From: Lepidodermella squamata
Taxonomy: Eukaryota > Animalia > Gastrotricha
Direction of reading: 5' to 3'
DNA length: 64,000 nt
Assembly (NCBI GenBank): GCA_047495785.1
Contig: JBLDXI010000010.1
Location: 992,001-1,056,000, forward strand
Below are positions 11,685 through 23,748 of the stretch, in pieces (the first letter of the stretch is position 1; the number at the start of each line of letters is the position of its first letter). The notes beneath the pieces were generated by a model. The model did not search any database. It was not told the origin of the DNA and saw only the letters and a program-made list of their open reading frames with translations. The translations under genes were made by a program, and so were the position numbers.

Positions 11685-14600
11685 ATGAAGACAAAAAAGA
11701 ATCTCGAATCGGCTCATGGTAAAATATTATTTTTTATTTTCAAATTTTTATTTTGACCTATAGATTCGCAATTCTTTTCAATTATTTCAATTAAATTTCA
11801 ATTTTTCAAAAAAAATTCAAATTTTGTCTACATTTTTACGGATTTATGGAAAATTCTCAAAATCTTTTGAAATTGAATTTTTTGAAATTGTTTGAGGATT
11901 TTCTTTATTTTCTTTTGAAAATTTTCAAACAGATTTTGAGACTCTTAACAAATTATAGAAAATTCCCAAATTAATTTTGAAATTTATTCGATTTTAATTA
12001 TAATTTATCTATAAATTTTGAATACTGAATAGGTTAAAATTATATTACTTTTGAAATTTTCAAAATACGAATCACGGATTTTTTCTTTATTTTACAGTGC
12101 TTCTGTTGGTTTTGGGCCATGCCCTAGTGGTGTTTTGTGACACCCTACCGAATGAGATGCCGATGCCGAGTTTAGCCTCAATGCCGGAAGCAACTGACCC
12201 GTACGCTATGGACGGCATGTTCGCCGCCGCGCTGCCTCAAATGGGCGCCGTTGTCTACCCGAACGCCGTCACCAACGGCCTAACATGCGACACAAGCAAC
12301 TACAACATCTACTTCCTGGAAGACCCGGCAACGGCCTTCTTCGTGCAAAGCCTCGTCGATGGCAATATGGCCACGCAGCTATGGCAATGCCTATCATCCA
12401 GCGTCCAGCCGAAAGCTGGTTCGAAAAATTTCGGTGGTTGTTACATGAAGCATTTCAAGAATAACGCAGCGGTAACTGAAGCCCAGCTGACCGACCCGAA
12501 CGGGTTGAATGCTAACTGTAAAGCCGGCTATCAGCAGATGAATTTCGAACTGCTCGGCAATGTTGCTAGCAACAACGCGAATAACGCGCAAAACGACCAG
12601 ATTTGGCTGATTTGCTGCTGGGTGTCTAAGCCGGTTGATGGGCAGATTCAGGGATTCTTCCAAACGGCGTACAACAACCAAGGCACGCCGGAGCTGCTGG
12701 CGAAGGGTAACCCGGAGACACCCGATTGGAGCCTGTCTTGCCCGGCTAATGCTGTTCAACGCGTTTTGACGACTGGTTTATCGTTTTCGAAACAGTGCCC
12801 GCGTCCTAATGGCCAGGATAGGTGTGCTGTGGCTATCCATGTCTGTTATCTCGCGGAAATGATGCCGAGCGGACCTCCTGGCCCGAAAGGTCAAATGGGT
12901 GCTGATGGGGCCAAAGGCGATGCTGGACCTTGTGGATCTTGCCCGAAAGGCGATAAAGGCGAAACAGGTTTGAATTATTTTAGAGTCAACCCATTTCCTA
13001 TAATTCTCTATGTTGATAGGAGACCTAGGGCCTTCAGGTCCCTCGGGTCAAAACGGTGCTCAGGGCCCGAAGGGTGACAAAGGTGATGGTGATAAAGGAG
13101 AGCCGGGTGCTAAGGGGGATGATGGTTTAAAGGGTGAACATGGAGAAAAAGGTGGGTGATCTTCCTATTGCTAATTCCCATTTTAAAGTGTTAAATAGGG
13201 AGCCAGGGTGATCAAGGCAGTGAAGGCCCGTTAGGTCCTGCTGGAGGCCCCGGAGCTAAGGGTGACACTGGTGAGCCTGGAGCGAAGGGTGATAAGGGTG
13301 AAGAAGGTATGATTCACCATGGATTTTTTCGTTTCCCTTATTAATTAATCATTTCAGGTGTTGCTGGTATCGGAGCTCCCGGTGCGAAGGGTGACGAAGG
13401 ACCTGCCGGAGGCCCTGGTGACAAGGGTGACAAGGGTGAAGAGGGTGAGTCGGATTATGGCATAATCTTTTCCAGTTCTATACAGATTCCTCTAGGTGTA
13501 GCTGGTGCTCCTGGTGATAAAGGTGATCATGGCGACAGGGGTGATTCGGGTGACAAGGGTGACAAGGGAGACGGCGGCGAGCCAGGCTTCAAAGGTAACA
13601 CATTTTTGGTCAAACCTCTTTCAATTGCTTCATTGGAATTTCAGGAGACCATGGCGATGCCGGACCTGAAGGAAGTCAAGGACCTATTGGATCAATGGGT
13701 CTTCCTGGCCAGAAGGGTGATATGGGTGATGTGGGATTCCAAGGCGCCAAGGGAGATCTCGGCGAGCCGGGTCACAAGGGCGAGAAAGGTGACGGAGGTA
13801 AGTTGCATCTCAGTTTTGAGTATGATTAATCGTTCAATAATTAATACTTATTTCACATTAGGTGAGGGCACTGGAACGCCTGGTGAGAAGGGCAGCAAAG
13901 GTGACAATGGAGATAAGGGTGAACACGGCTCAGCTGGTGACAAGGGTGATAAAGGCGATAAAGGTAGGCGAATTAAAGACGAATTGCTAATTGTTTCATT
14001 TTCTTTCATTTCATTTCAGGCGACCATGGCGATCAGGGTTCACAGGGTAGCCAGGGTAGCCAGGGCGAGCAGGGTTCACAGGGTGACGTGGGCTCAGCAG
14101 GTCCTCCTGGACGCAGGGGCGATAAGGGTGATTCAGGTTCGGCCTTGATTGGGTTCAAAAACTATTTTCATAACTTCGGATTCGACAGGCGATAAAGGAG
14201 ACAGTGGCAATGATGGCAAGGATGGAGCACCCGGAACACCCGGCAGTGATGGTAGCCCGGGCCCCACTGGGCCTAAAGGCGAATCTGGACCTGCTGGTAG
14301 AAAAAAGAAAATTCAATTAATTTTTTTATAATTTTTCGATTTTTTTCAAACAGGTCCTGGATGCACCCACCCATCAGGTCCCACTGGCCCGAAGGGTGAA
14401 ATGGGACACCCTGGTAAATTTTCTGAGAATTATTCCTCTGAAAATAATTATTTTATTTCCAACTTTCCACAGGCATGAAAGGCGACCAAGGTATAATTAA
14501 TTTTTTTTATCAGGATTTTGTATTTTATTTATTTTTCCAGGACCCCGAGGATTCCCAGGACACACTGGTGATCCAGGTAACTAATTTCTGCTTTTTTTTT

Positions 14601-14873
14601 TATTTTCGAAAATTAATCTATTTTTTTGACATAGGTGTCCCTGGTAAGCCTGGCAAGGCGTGCCGCCAGATACCGGGTCCGACTGGTCCGGCTGGTCCGA
14701 AGGGCCAACAAGGGCCACCAGGTCACGCCGACCCTAATCAAATGCGAGAATTTATGAGCGATCTGCTGAAAAAGGTTCTGCACCTGCTCGACGCTAATCA
14801 AAGCCCCGATGCTTCGTGTGAAGCGAGCGGCGAGCACGGCGGTCAAGCCCATCAACATAAACGTCGAATCTGA
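11685..14873 (+). CDS. Non-fibrillar collagen-like protein 1: signal peptide, unrecognised ~250-aa Cys-containing N-domain, acidic Gly-X-Y helix, short C-terminal helix
   Basis: 14 exons: 11685-11718 (inferred first exon, phase 1 fits), 12098-12967, 13020-13151, 13199-13306, 13358-13444, 13496-13594, 13645-13797, 13862-13963, 14020-14136, 14189-14296, 14354-14413, 14473-14490, 14541-14576, 14635-14873. Introns in the helical region split Gly codons. Gly-X-Y is rich in GDK/GEK, with a few interruptions. Confidence 0.9.
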
Positions 14874-15386
14874 ACGATTTAATAACGAACTACGATAATA
14901 TTTATTTTTGAGTTATGTTGAATATCTATTATTGAGTATAACAATAAAAATGCACTCGCGTAGAATTTTAGTTTTGGTACTTGTACAAAAGGTCAAATGT
15001 TTTTTTCCCAGGTCATTTTTGACGCTCGCACGCGCCTCATCGTGACGCATCAGTCTCAGTCGACCGCTGTTGCGATGATTTTTTGCCGTCTAGTAAGCGC
15101 GTGGCGACTTGGGCGTCCGAACAGGCGTCCTGCTTTTTCGCGGGCTTACGCCATGTAAAAAAGGTCACAAAAAATAATCGCGTTTAATAATTTCAATTTT
15201 TTTTCAATAAAATCCCTATTTTAGCTGGTAAAAAAAATCGATTTTATCAGGCGCTCGAATTTTTTGCTGTGATTTTTGCCAAGCTTATTCCCATCGCCAC
15301 AGTTTCCTTATAATTCATGCCAATTTAGAAGTTAAAGGTTCCTTTTTCTTGGATAAATTATTGATTTTGTGAAGCATTCCGGAACT

Positions 15387-18300
15387 ATGCATTGGCGCAA
15401 CCTGAACGGTGAGTCATCCTTAAAACAACTGAAAATTCAAATTTTCAAGAAAGATTACTTTGTATGATAAATTTTCAAAATTAATTAGCCCAATTTTTAC
15501 CCTGAATTAATTGTCAATCATTTTCTTAATACTTAATACAGAAAATTGTAATGGATAACTGTTGGGAATATCTTTTAGCGGAACCAAATTTACAGTGAGC
15601 GGAACCAAATTTGCTGTATCGGAACCAAATATGCTGTAGCGGAACCAAATTTGCTTTTTGCGGAACCAAACTCGAAATAAGCCAAGAGTCATTTTTTGAA
15701 TATTTCTAAGAATTTTAGGCTAAGTATGAATTCTGAATTGAACACTGCGTCTTATAGAGAATGTTGCGCTGAATTCACTGGTGAATTTTCTATAATTATT
15801 GGGGCCAATTTTGACATGCAATAAATATCCGAATAGCGATTTCAGGCCGCTAAAAAATTCTAAAATTTGGTTCCGCTAACAGCATATTTGGTTCCGCTAC
15901 AGCATATTTGGTTCCGATACAGCAAATTTGGTTCCGGTAACAGGAAGACCCATAACTGTTGATGACCAGGCTAAAATTAAAGGCAATATTTTCTAACATT
16001 TTCAAAGGCTTTTTACTTTGGGCTTTTACCTGGAAATCGGCGACGCTTTATTCTGTCCCTAATTAGGTCATCTGGCCTGATTACTTGGACATTAGAAAAT
16101 GTGAACAACTGTCGGCCTCTTAGCAATAATACTTTTAGCAAAGGTGTTGTTATGTGCGTGGAATATTATTTCATATTAGACCCAAATTTCTTTTTTTAAT
16201 CGGAAATTCGACGAATAGGAAATATACTGGCGTGTTTCCAATTTAAAAGCTTCCCGCATATATGATTTTAGCCTAGGGGCTTTAAGCCGAACCAAATGTC
16301 GATTTTATTTTTCTATATTTCACATTTTTTGAATTTACCGGGAAATTAGGTACTAACCATCATAAAATGAAAAAAAATATTTTATAATCCGTATAATGTT
16401 TTTCATCATCCTCAAGATGACAAAACCAGATCATAGCTTTCATTCGAAAATATTATTCATGGATTTTTTCCTGTCAGGAGTTTTGAAAGTTCCGCTTCAC
16501 TGAGCTTTGGTAGGCTTATTTGGTTTCCTTGATTTTTACGTTACCTGAGAAAAAATAGTATAATTATTATGATAAATTATGATATTTTTTATAAAAATAA
16601 TATTTCATTTTTTCATTTTTTTCCAAATCAAAGATATAAATTTATAATCTCGTTTTCTGAAACCAGTTGCTGTCACCTTGCTGTCGCTCAGCCTCGCGTT
16701 GGTCGAGTGCGCCAATGTGGCGGGCAACATCCCGAAAGAAGAAGCAATGCCAGACATCACCGCCATGCCAACATCGGCAAACCCGTACGCCGTCGGCGGG
16801 CTGTTCGTCACCGCCCTGCCGCAAATGGCCATCCCCGTGTACCCGAACCCAATTACGAACGGCGTGACCTGCGACACGGCCACCTATCACCTGTACTATC
16901 TCGACGAGCAAGGCGACGCGTTCTACTCGCAAAGCTTGGTCGACGCGCACGCTGCGACCCAAATTTGGCAATGCTTGTCCCAAAGTGTCTCACCCCCCGC
17001 CTCGGCCGGGGTCAAAAACTTCGGCGGCATTTACATGCATGGCTACACGCAGTCGAAGCCCATCACCGAAAGTGCGCTTATGAATACTGAGAACGTCAAG
17101 TGTAAAACCGGCTACACTCAGATGAATTTCGAAGTTTTGGGCACCCTGTCTAGCAACAGCGTGAATCAGGCCCAGAACGATCAGATATGGCTGACTTTGT
17201 GCTATATTTCGGACCCTAATGGCCAGATTCGAGGCGCGTTCATGACGCAGTACAACAGTGACGACGCCAAGCCGAGCGTTCTAGCTAAGGTGAACCCGGA
17301 AACGGGTGCGTTGACGTGTCCTGGCAATGCCCAGGAGCGAATTTTTACGACGGCTCTGTCTTTTTCGCAAAATTGTACGGTCGCGAATGGGAAGGACCGA
17401 TGCCCGGTTGCTATTCACCTGTGCTGGAATTCTGGCTTGTTGCCTGGTGGACCGGCTGGTCCGAAGGGTGAACCGGGTAATCAGGGTTCAAAGGGCAGTA
17501 TGGGAGCTCCTGGTAATTCTGGCAGCACGGGTCCTCAGGGCGAAAAGGGACATCAAGGTAAATATAATTTTTGAATTTGTAACTTGAATTATTTTGTTTT
17601 CTTCACAGGGGACCAAGGGCCCTTTGGAAGCAGGGGTCATCTGGGTTCGCAGGGTTCGAAAGGCGAAAAGGGTGACAAAGGACCGCAGGGTGACCATGGC
17701 AGCAAGGGTCACTACGGCGACCAAGGTTCGAAGGGACACATGGGCGAGACAGGTAAAATATTCCCACTTAAATTGAGAATATCATTTATTGGTGTCCCAT
17801 TTTCTAGGTCAAACTGGCCCGCAGGGTAGCAAAGGTCACGAAGGTGGCCCAGGAGGCCCAGGCCCTCAAGGAAGCAAGGGTTCTATGGGCTCGCGAGGAG
17901 CGCAGGGTGTCCAAGGTAATTATTGCTCGAACTTTTTTCAGCTTAATCTAATTTCTTTTAATAACTTTTTCAGGGTCAAAGGGTGCTGGGGAGACAGGAC
18001 CTCAAGGTTCGAAAGGTTCAGAAGGAAGCAAGGGTGAAAAGGGTGAAGCAGGTAAATCTCCGTTAATTATGATTTTTTTTCACGCCATTTTGATGTTAAT
18101 AGGTACTGGAGGATCGAGCCCGGGAGCGCAGGGTTCAAAAGGTCATCAGGGTGCCGATGGCCAACCGGGTGCTCAGGGATCCAAGGGCGAGAAGGGCGAT
18201 CTCGGTTTGCATCATTTTTTGTTTGAAAGCATCGAATACCCTCTGATTTCTTTCAGGTGATCGAGGCTCTCAGGGTTCTAAGGGCGCTCATGGTGACAAC

Positions 18301-19081
18301 GGAATTCAGGGCAGCAAGGGTGCTCTTGGCGACATGGGTGGTCAGGGCTCGAAGGGCGCTGCAGGAGACAAAGGTTCGCCTGAAAACCATCTCAGTCACA
18401 GCAGCTATTTTCCAATTTTAACTTTCAAAAAATAGGTACTCAGGGTGACCACGGGAGCCAGGGTGCTACGGGTCCTCAAGGCAGCAAAGGCCACGACGGT
18501 AATCCTGGCAGTCAAGGCAGCAAAGGAACAAAGGGTGATATGGGCCAACCAGGTAAGGATCTTCATGGCTAAAATACCCTTCTTTTACTGTTGAATTATT
18601 TTTTTCAGGCACAGGCACCCCAGGTGGCCAAGGTTCGAAGGGTGACAAAGGCACTGACGGTGAGTTAATATTGCGAAAATTTCAAAATTTCTCTTACTAG
18701 CCTATCTTTTCTTCCGAAAGGTTCCAAAGGAGCTAAAGGTTTGACGGGCTTTCTTTGATTTTGCAATATTTTAATTTTTTTTTCATTTACAGGTGACGGT
18801 GCGCGAGGCCCACCTGGTGAAAAAGGTCAGCCAGGTAATCATATTTATTTGACTTTTTTCGGTAATTTTTTATTGGCACTACTGTTTTAGGTAAGGATGC
18901 TCCGCCGTGTGCTGGTGGACCTCGAGGCCCACCTGGACCACCCGGGCACATCAGCAGGCACGACATGGCTGATTTTATGGTGGATCTGCTCAACAAGATA
19001 ATCGGCGTCCTCAGGTCGGATTCTGGCTCGGATGAATCATGCGACAGGCCGCACCGCCATCGACGCAATAAAAAGATCTAG
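15387..19081 (+). CDS. Non-fibrillar collagen-like protein 2 (paralog), QGSKG-rich helix
   Basis: Exons 15387-15408 (inferred first exon MHWRNLN, GTGAGT donor), 16667-17557, 17609-17752, 17808-17915, 17974-18051, 18103-18204, 18257-18373, 18436-18552, 18609-18659, 18721-18738, 18793-18834, 18891-19081. The N-domain and the C-terminal FMxDLLxK helix align with protein 1. Confidence 0.9.
15564..15951. mobile_element. Mutator/foldback-like MITE in intron 1 of collagen 2
   Basis: Perfect 9-bp TSD ATAACTGTT (15555-15563 and 15952-15960) and GGG...CCC termini. Five ~20-bp CGGAACCAAA-containing units at the left end and four inverted units at the right end. Confidence 0.85.
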
Positions 19082-19646
19082 ATTCGCGCCAACAAAAACT
19101 TAAATTTTAATGAGACGAAAATAACTTATTTTTAAAGATTATTTTTCTGCCAATACATCGCTTATTGGCCAACTGTGAACAAATATGTCGAAAAATAGCA
19201 AATTTTATTTGAGGAATCTTTCTGTTTTTTGAAAAAATAAAAGAAGCTAAAAATGTCTGAGTTATAATTTTGGATATCTAAATGGGTTTGCATCAATGAA
19301 ATTGAAGTTCAAGCTTCCAGCACTAAATTTTTCCAAATTTCCGTATTTTAAATTTTGAATTTTGAAATTCATAATTCACATTTTTTCGAATTTTTTTTGA
19401 AAAAATAAATTGCGGAAAATTAAAAAAAAAAACGAAATATTCCCACTAAAATTTATCAATTTTCAATTATTTAAGAATAATGAAATATTTTAGAGGGTGC
19501 TTGAAACTGAAAATTTCGAAATTTCAATTTTATTTTTGAATGCGAGTCAAAATTACGACGTATTGTTTGAATTACACGCGCTCTAAAATCAGCCCGCAAA
19601 ATTCGAAGCCATTTAATTTTAGACCAGTCTATTCCTATTTTCGATC

Positions 19647-20636
19647 ATGAAGCAAATCGAATTCAAGTCGACTCTACAGCTCACAGCGTTCCTCCTCGCC
19701 GCTCAAAATGGAAATTTACAGCTTTTGAAGACGCTTCTACTCCGCGAAAATGGCCTGGCAAACCTTTATATACCAGGCTGTGACGAAAGATCATCCTACG
19801 CTATTCATCTCGCAGCTCAAAATGGCCAGACAAAAATCGTAAAATTCCTAGTTCGGCTTCACCCTAACGTCGCTGATCTCGTCGACTCCGAGCAAGAAAC
19901 ACCGTTATTCCGAGCTGTGGCGAATAATCACAACAAAGTCGCTAAATTCTTGTTATCGAAAAATCAAGATGAAATAGACCGGCGGGATGTCTACGACCGA
20001 ACTCTACTCCACATCGCAGCTTCGAATGGCAATTTGAAAATGGTGAAATTTCTGGCGAAAAACGGCGCTGATTTATTGGCAACGTGCCAGGGCGATGATT
20101 TCAAAACCGCGGCTCATTTCGCGTGTGAAAACGGCCACCTTAAAGTTCTTCGTTATCTCCTGAAATCAATGCCAATTCTCGCCAAGTCACGGTCGCGGTT
20201 CTACCGAACTAATCTGCTGCATTCATCGCTTGAATTTCAACGTGAAAATTGCGCGATTTATTTGCTGCGCAAAAAGTTGGTCGAGGTCAACGCGTTGGGC
20301 GGCGTCTACCAAGCTCCGCCCATTTTTATTGCAGCAGGTCACTGCAGCTCGCTGCGTGTTGTTAAATTGCTGGTCGAAAAATGTGGGTCAAATGTACTGT
20401 TGTCGAACGATCGCGGCTACAACGCGTTGCATTTCGCAGTTTTTCATCACAAACTGAGCACAATTTCGTATTTGATGGATCGAGAGCCGAATTTGGTTAT
20501 TCTGAGGAATAATGATGGGCTGAATGCGGTTGCGTTTGCTGAGTCGCAGGGGCTTTTGGAAGAAGCTGAATTTATGAAACGGAAATTGCGAGAAATCGCA
20601 AATGACAGAAAAACCGATGGCCAAGTAATTATCTGA
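19647..20636 (+). CDS. Intronless ankyrin-repeat protein (329 aa, about 8-9 repeats)
   Basis: Repeated ANK motifs: TAFLLAAQNGN, AIHLAAQNGQ, TPLFRAV, TLLHIAASNGN, TAAHFACENGH, NALHFAV. AATAAA follows the stop. Confidence 0.9.
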   Translation: MKQIEFKSTLQLTAFLLAAQNGNLQLLKTLLLRENGLANLYIPGCDERSSYAIHLAAQNGQTKIVKFLVRLHPNVADLVDSEQETPLFRAVANNHNKVAKFLLSKNQDEIDRRDVYDRTLLHIAASNGNLKMVKFLAKNGADLLATCQGDDFKTAAHFACENGHLKVLRYLLKSMPILAKSRSRFYRTNLLHSSLEFQRENCAIYLLRKKLVEVNALGGVYQAPPIFIAAGHCSSLRVVKLLVEKCGSNVLLSNDRGYNALHFAVFHHKLSTISYLMDREPNLVILRNNDGLNAVAFAESQGLLEEAEFMKRKLREIANDRKTDGQVII

Positions 20637-21465
20637 AAATCAATTTTAATTTTAATTAATTTTTTTTAATGAATAAAATCGCAGTTTCTTCCTTGCATTT
20701 TCAGCTTATTTGGTCTCCGTGAGCTAGAATAAATTTTGGAAAAATTCAGAGAAATGCCTGGCAGTACGCAGTTTTAACGATTATTTTTCGAAATCGATCT
20801 GATAATTTGTAACATTTTTTGCTCATCAATTAAAACCAATGTATAATCCTTGCATCGATGACTAACCCAAAAACGGAATTTGAGTTTAGCGGAAGTTAAT
20901 TTGCTGTTGCAAATTAGCATACCCAAATTTTGAATATTCATTGGGAAATAAATATGAAAGGTTCAGAGAACGCATCAACAATTGGATCAAAAAATAATGA
21001 TGAAGTCAAAGTGGGGAAAATCGGAAAAAATGGCAAGAAGCCTTATTTTAGTACTGAAATTCCAATTTTTGGGGTGCGCTAATATTTAGACACACATTTT
21101 ACGACCCGCCGGTGTTTCCTCGCGCTCCTATTGGTTGGGGCTCAATTAAAGATAATTATAGCCTTCCCCGCGCGCGTACTCGATCGCGCCTTGAGCGCGC
21201 CAATGCACTGAGTCTGGGAAAAACAAGGCCCTGCCTATTAATACGGTTCTGCCCTTTATTATGATTTCAAATGACCATTACCCTCGGCTCTTTATTCCGG
21301 TTCTGCCCTATAATTGGGTCCTGCCTAATAATTCGTATAATACGGTATGTATTTTGTTGCCGTTCTTTTGCAAACTAATCAACGTCCGACCCCACCGCTC
21401 CAACTGCTACAACCGCCACGGTAGCATCATGAAAAATCAATGGACTTTGACACTGCCAATCGAAC

Positions 21466-23748
21466 CTAGAATGCCGTCAGGATTTTCGGGCGCATAAGAC
21501 TCGGAACTACGAAGACTGAAGAGGTGATCGCGGACACGAGTAGACTGGCGAAGGATAGTGAAGCCTGCTGGCCTAGTGCATTCGCGGAGAGCAAGAATTG
21601 GATCAATATGCTAGCTGGCAGAAGCATTGCCCCGCTGAACACTCCGAATGAACTGATATTGAATTCCGCCAGGGAAATCTGAGATCCTTTCATTACTTGT
21701 TTCACTTGATAGCAAGTAAATGAAGCATAAATGAGCAGAAGCTGCAAGAAGCCTCCTATAACACCCAATAGGACCCAGCCAATAGTCGGCTCTGATGAGT
21801 GACCTGAGCATTGAATTGAGAAAGTCTCAGTAACAGTATCAGATGAATCATCGTACTCGGCATGTGACACTCGATATTGCATGCACTTGGTATTTCGAGT
21901 GAGCACCCATGCAATAAGTAGAATCGTGACCGCGGCACTAAACATAGCAGAAAAGAAATTGGTCTGTCTTTGCAGGGATTCCCATCGATCAAATGTTGCA
22001 ACTGTTGCTTTTTGATTGCTGATTCTACTCGCCGATCTATATGCGCCTTCTTTGGACAAGCTAGAAAAGAGGCGATACGTGATGATCATTCGAATTGCTG
22101 TTACGCTCAATGCAGAAGAGGTCCCGAGAATAAGGAGAAAGTAGGATGCGTCTGACAGAGAAGCACTGCCCTCTGTTCGATCAATAGAAAAAGCGCCCGC
22201 CGCTGAATTCATAACAAGACAAGCAACTAAGCCAGCGATCTTCAAAACTCTCAAATTAGTTTCGAATGGCATGTTACGTGCGATGAGATATGCACCTGAG
22301 CATTGAGCAAGAGTGATCAAGCTCAGCAGGATCCAAATGGCGTAGGAACCAACCGGTGGGAAACGCAAGTCGACTCTCTTTCGCGCAGGTTGATCGCGTG
22401 GTGGAGAATTCCGAATCCAAGCAATCGGAGAGACTTGGGACAATTCGAATTCTTCAGTATTTTCCGTCGCCAGTTGTCGAGCCAGCATTCGCGTGGTTAT
22501 TCCTGTTTGCGCGCTAGATTGTGATATACTCACTACATCACCCATTAGCTGGCCCTCCTTATTATAAGAATACCGCCCGACTCTTACGCCATTGAATTCA
22601 GAGCTTAGAAGTGATTCTCTCGTTACATCTGCAATCAGCTTTGGATATCGCTGATAGTCAAGAAGGGAAATATTGTAAGTGGTTCGAAGCGTTCTATCGG
22701 CCTTGTTCAACGTGATCAGAGCTGTTACCAAAGGATCTCGAAGCATATAAGCCATGAAAGGATCATCGGCGATTTTATGGCCCTTTCGCTCGAGGAATTC
22801 ATTGTAGTTTGCTGCGTTGTCTCCAACATCAGTTATCCTGTCGTAATCAAGAGGTTTCGTCACAGAGCCATAGAAAAACGTTTGCTTGAATTGTTCGACA
22901 ATGATTTCTTTCGTGCAACCAAACGGGACTGACGTGGTATATACCGTGAAGGGGACTATGAATACGTACCTCGCACCACTTATACCAGCTCGATAGGCTT
23001 CGCAAAGAAATAGAGGAGCGAGAAGCACTTGACTAATTGATACAAATATGATACGCTGTTTTGACATGACGAGAGGCGCGATCATTTCAGGCGTGATTTC
23101 ATTGAGCATATCGAAGTAGGGAACTCTCAAGCCATTAGCCATTGCCTTTTCTTGAAGGTAAAATGCTGTCGATTGATCAATGGCGAATTGGGTAAAGACA
23201 ACACCGAACTGGTCCCAATTTCCAACCTTCTTTATCAAGGATAGTAGAATGGCAACTGCAGACGTCTTTGCCGTAGCCATTGATAGAAACAGGTTAGGGT
23301 GAAGCTGTCGATCAGCTAGGAACGGAGCCACGCACATTGTACTGATTGCAATGCTATCGATGTGATGAAGAATCCTTCCGAGTGACTTGCAACCAGCAGA
23401 AAATGTTGGTCCGACAACTATTGGTAGTTGCAGACCTCCGCTTCGTCGATGGTCGATTACTCGTAGCACGTCGTAGTTACCCATGAATTCCTCCTGCTTG
23501 TCCAGCTCAATGTGATAGTCGGGTAAAATATCTCGCCTCGAGTTGATAGTTTCAACCACGTGGTTGATCGCTGTGGTGTATGCTTCTACCTGTTTCGTAT
23601 CTATCCCAGTTACAGGTACCAGGTAGAGGAGCCGCAGTTTGTGAGTTTTATTCAGCGGCACCGAACCTGCAGCCTTTGTATTTACGGTCGAGAATATCAC
23701 GAAAGCATATAGAAAGAGGAATTTCATTTTTCGAATAGTGTTTGACAT
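21466..23748 (-). CDS. Intronless GABA-B-like class C GPCR (divergent member, 760 aa)
   Basis: Signal peptide (probable start MKFLFL at 23727), VFT motif INSRRDILPDYHIEL, W...PPRD stalk with no cysteine-rich domain, seven hydrophobic segments, almost no C-tail. Confidence 0.88.
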   Translation of the reverse strand: MSNTIRKMKFLFLYAFVIFSTVNTKAAGSVPLNKTHKLRLLYLVPVTGIDTKQVEAYTTAINHVVETINSRRDILPDYHIELDKQEEFMGNYDVLRVIDHRRSGGLQLPIVVGPTFSAGCKSLGRILHHIDSIAISTMCVAPFLADRQLHPNLFLSMATAKTSAVAILLSLIKKVGNWDQFGVVFTQFAIDQSTAFYLQEKAMANGLRVPYFDMLNEITPEMIAPLVMSKQRIIFVSISQVLLAPLFLCEAYRAGISGARYVFIVPFTVYTTSVPFGCTKEIIVEQFKQTFFYGSVTKPLDYDRITDVGDNAANYNEFLERKGHKIADDPFMAYMLRDPLVTALITLNKADRTLRTTYNISLLDYQRYPKLIADVTRESLLSSEFNGVRVGRYSYNKEGQLMGDVVSISQSSAQTGITTRMLARQLATENTEEFELSQVSPIAWIRNSPPRDQPARKRVDLRFPPVGSYAIWILLSLITLAQCSGAYLIARNMPFETNLRVLKIAGLVACLVMNSAAGAFSIDRTEGSASLSDASYFLLILGTSSALSVTAIRMIITYRLFSSLSKEGAYRSASRISNQKATVATFDRWESLQRQTNFFSAMFSAAVTILLIAWVLTRNTKCMQYRVSHAEYDDSSDTVTETFSIQCSGHSSEPTIGWVLLGVIGGFLQLLLIYASFTCYQVKQVMKGSQISLAEFNISSFGVFSGAMLLPASILIQFLLSANALGQQASLSFASLLVSAITSSVFVVPSLMRPKILTAF

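Noticed and set aside
15577-15940. Regularly spaced ~20-bp repeats resembling a CRISPR array
   Set aside because: No unique spacers, the two blocks are inverted, there is a 9-bp TSD and the context is a eukaryotic intron: these are MITE termini.
21226-21347. Right end of a Tc2-like MITE (...TAATACGGTA with CTGCC repeats)
   Set aside because: No left TIR found; too fragmentary to delimit.
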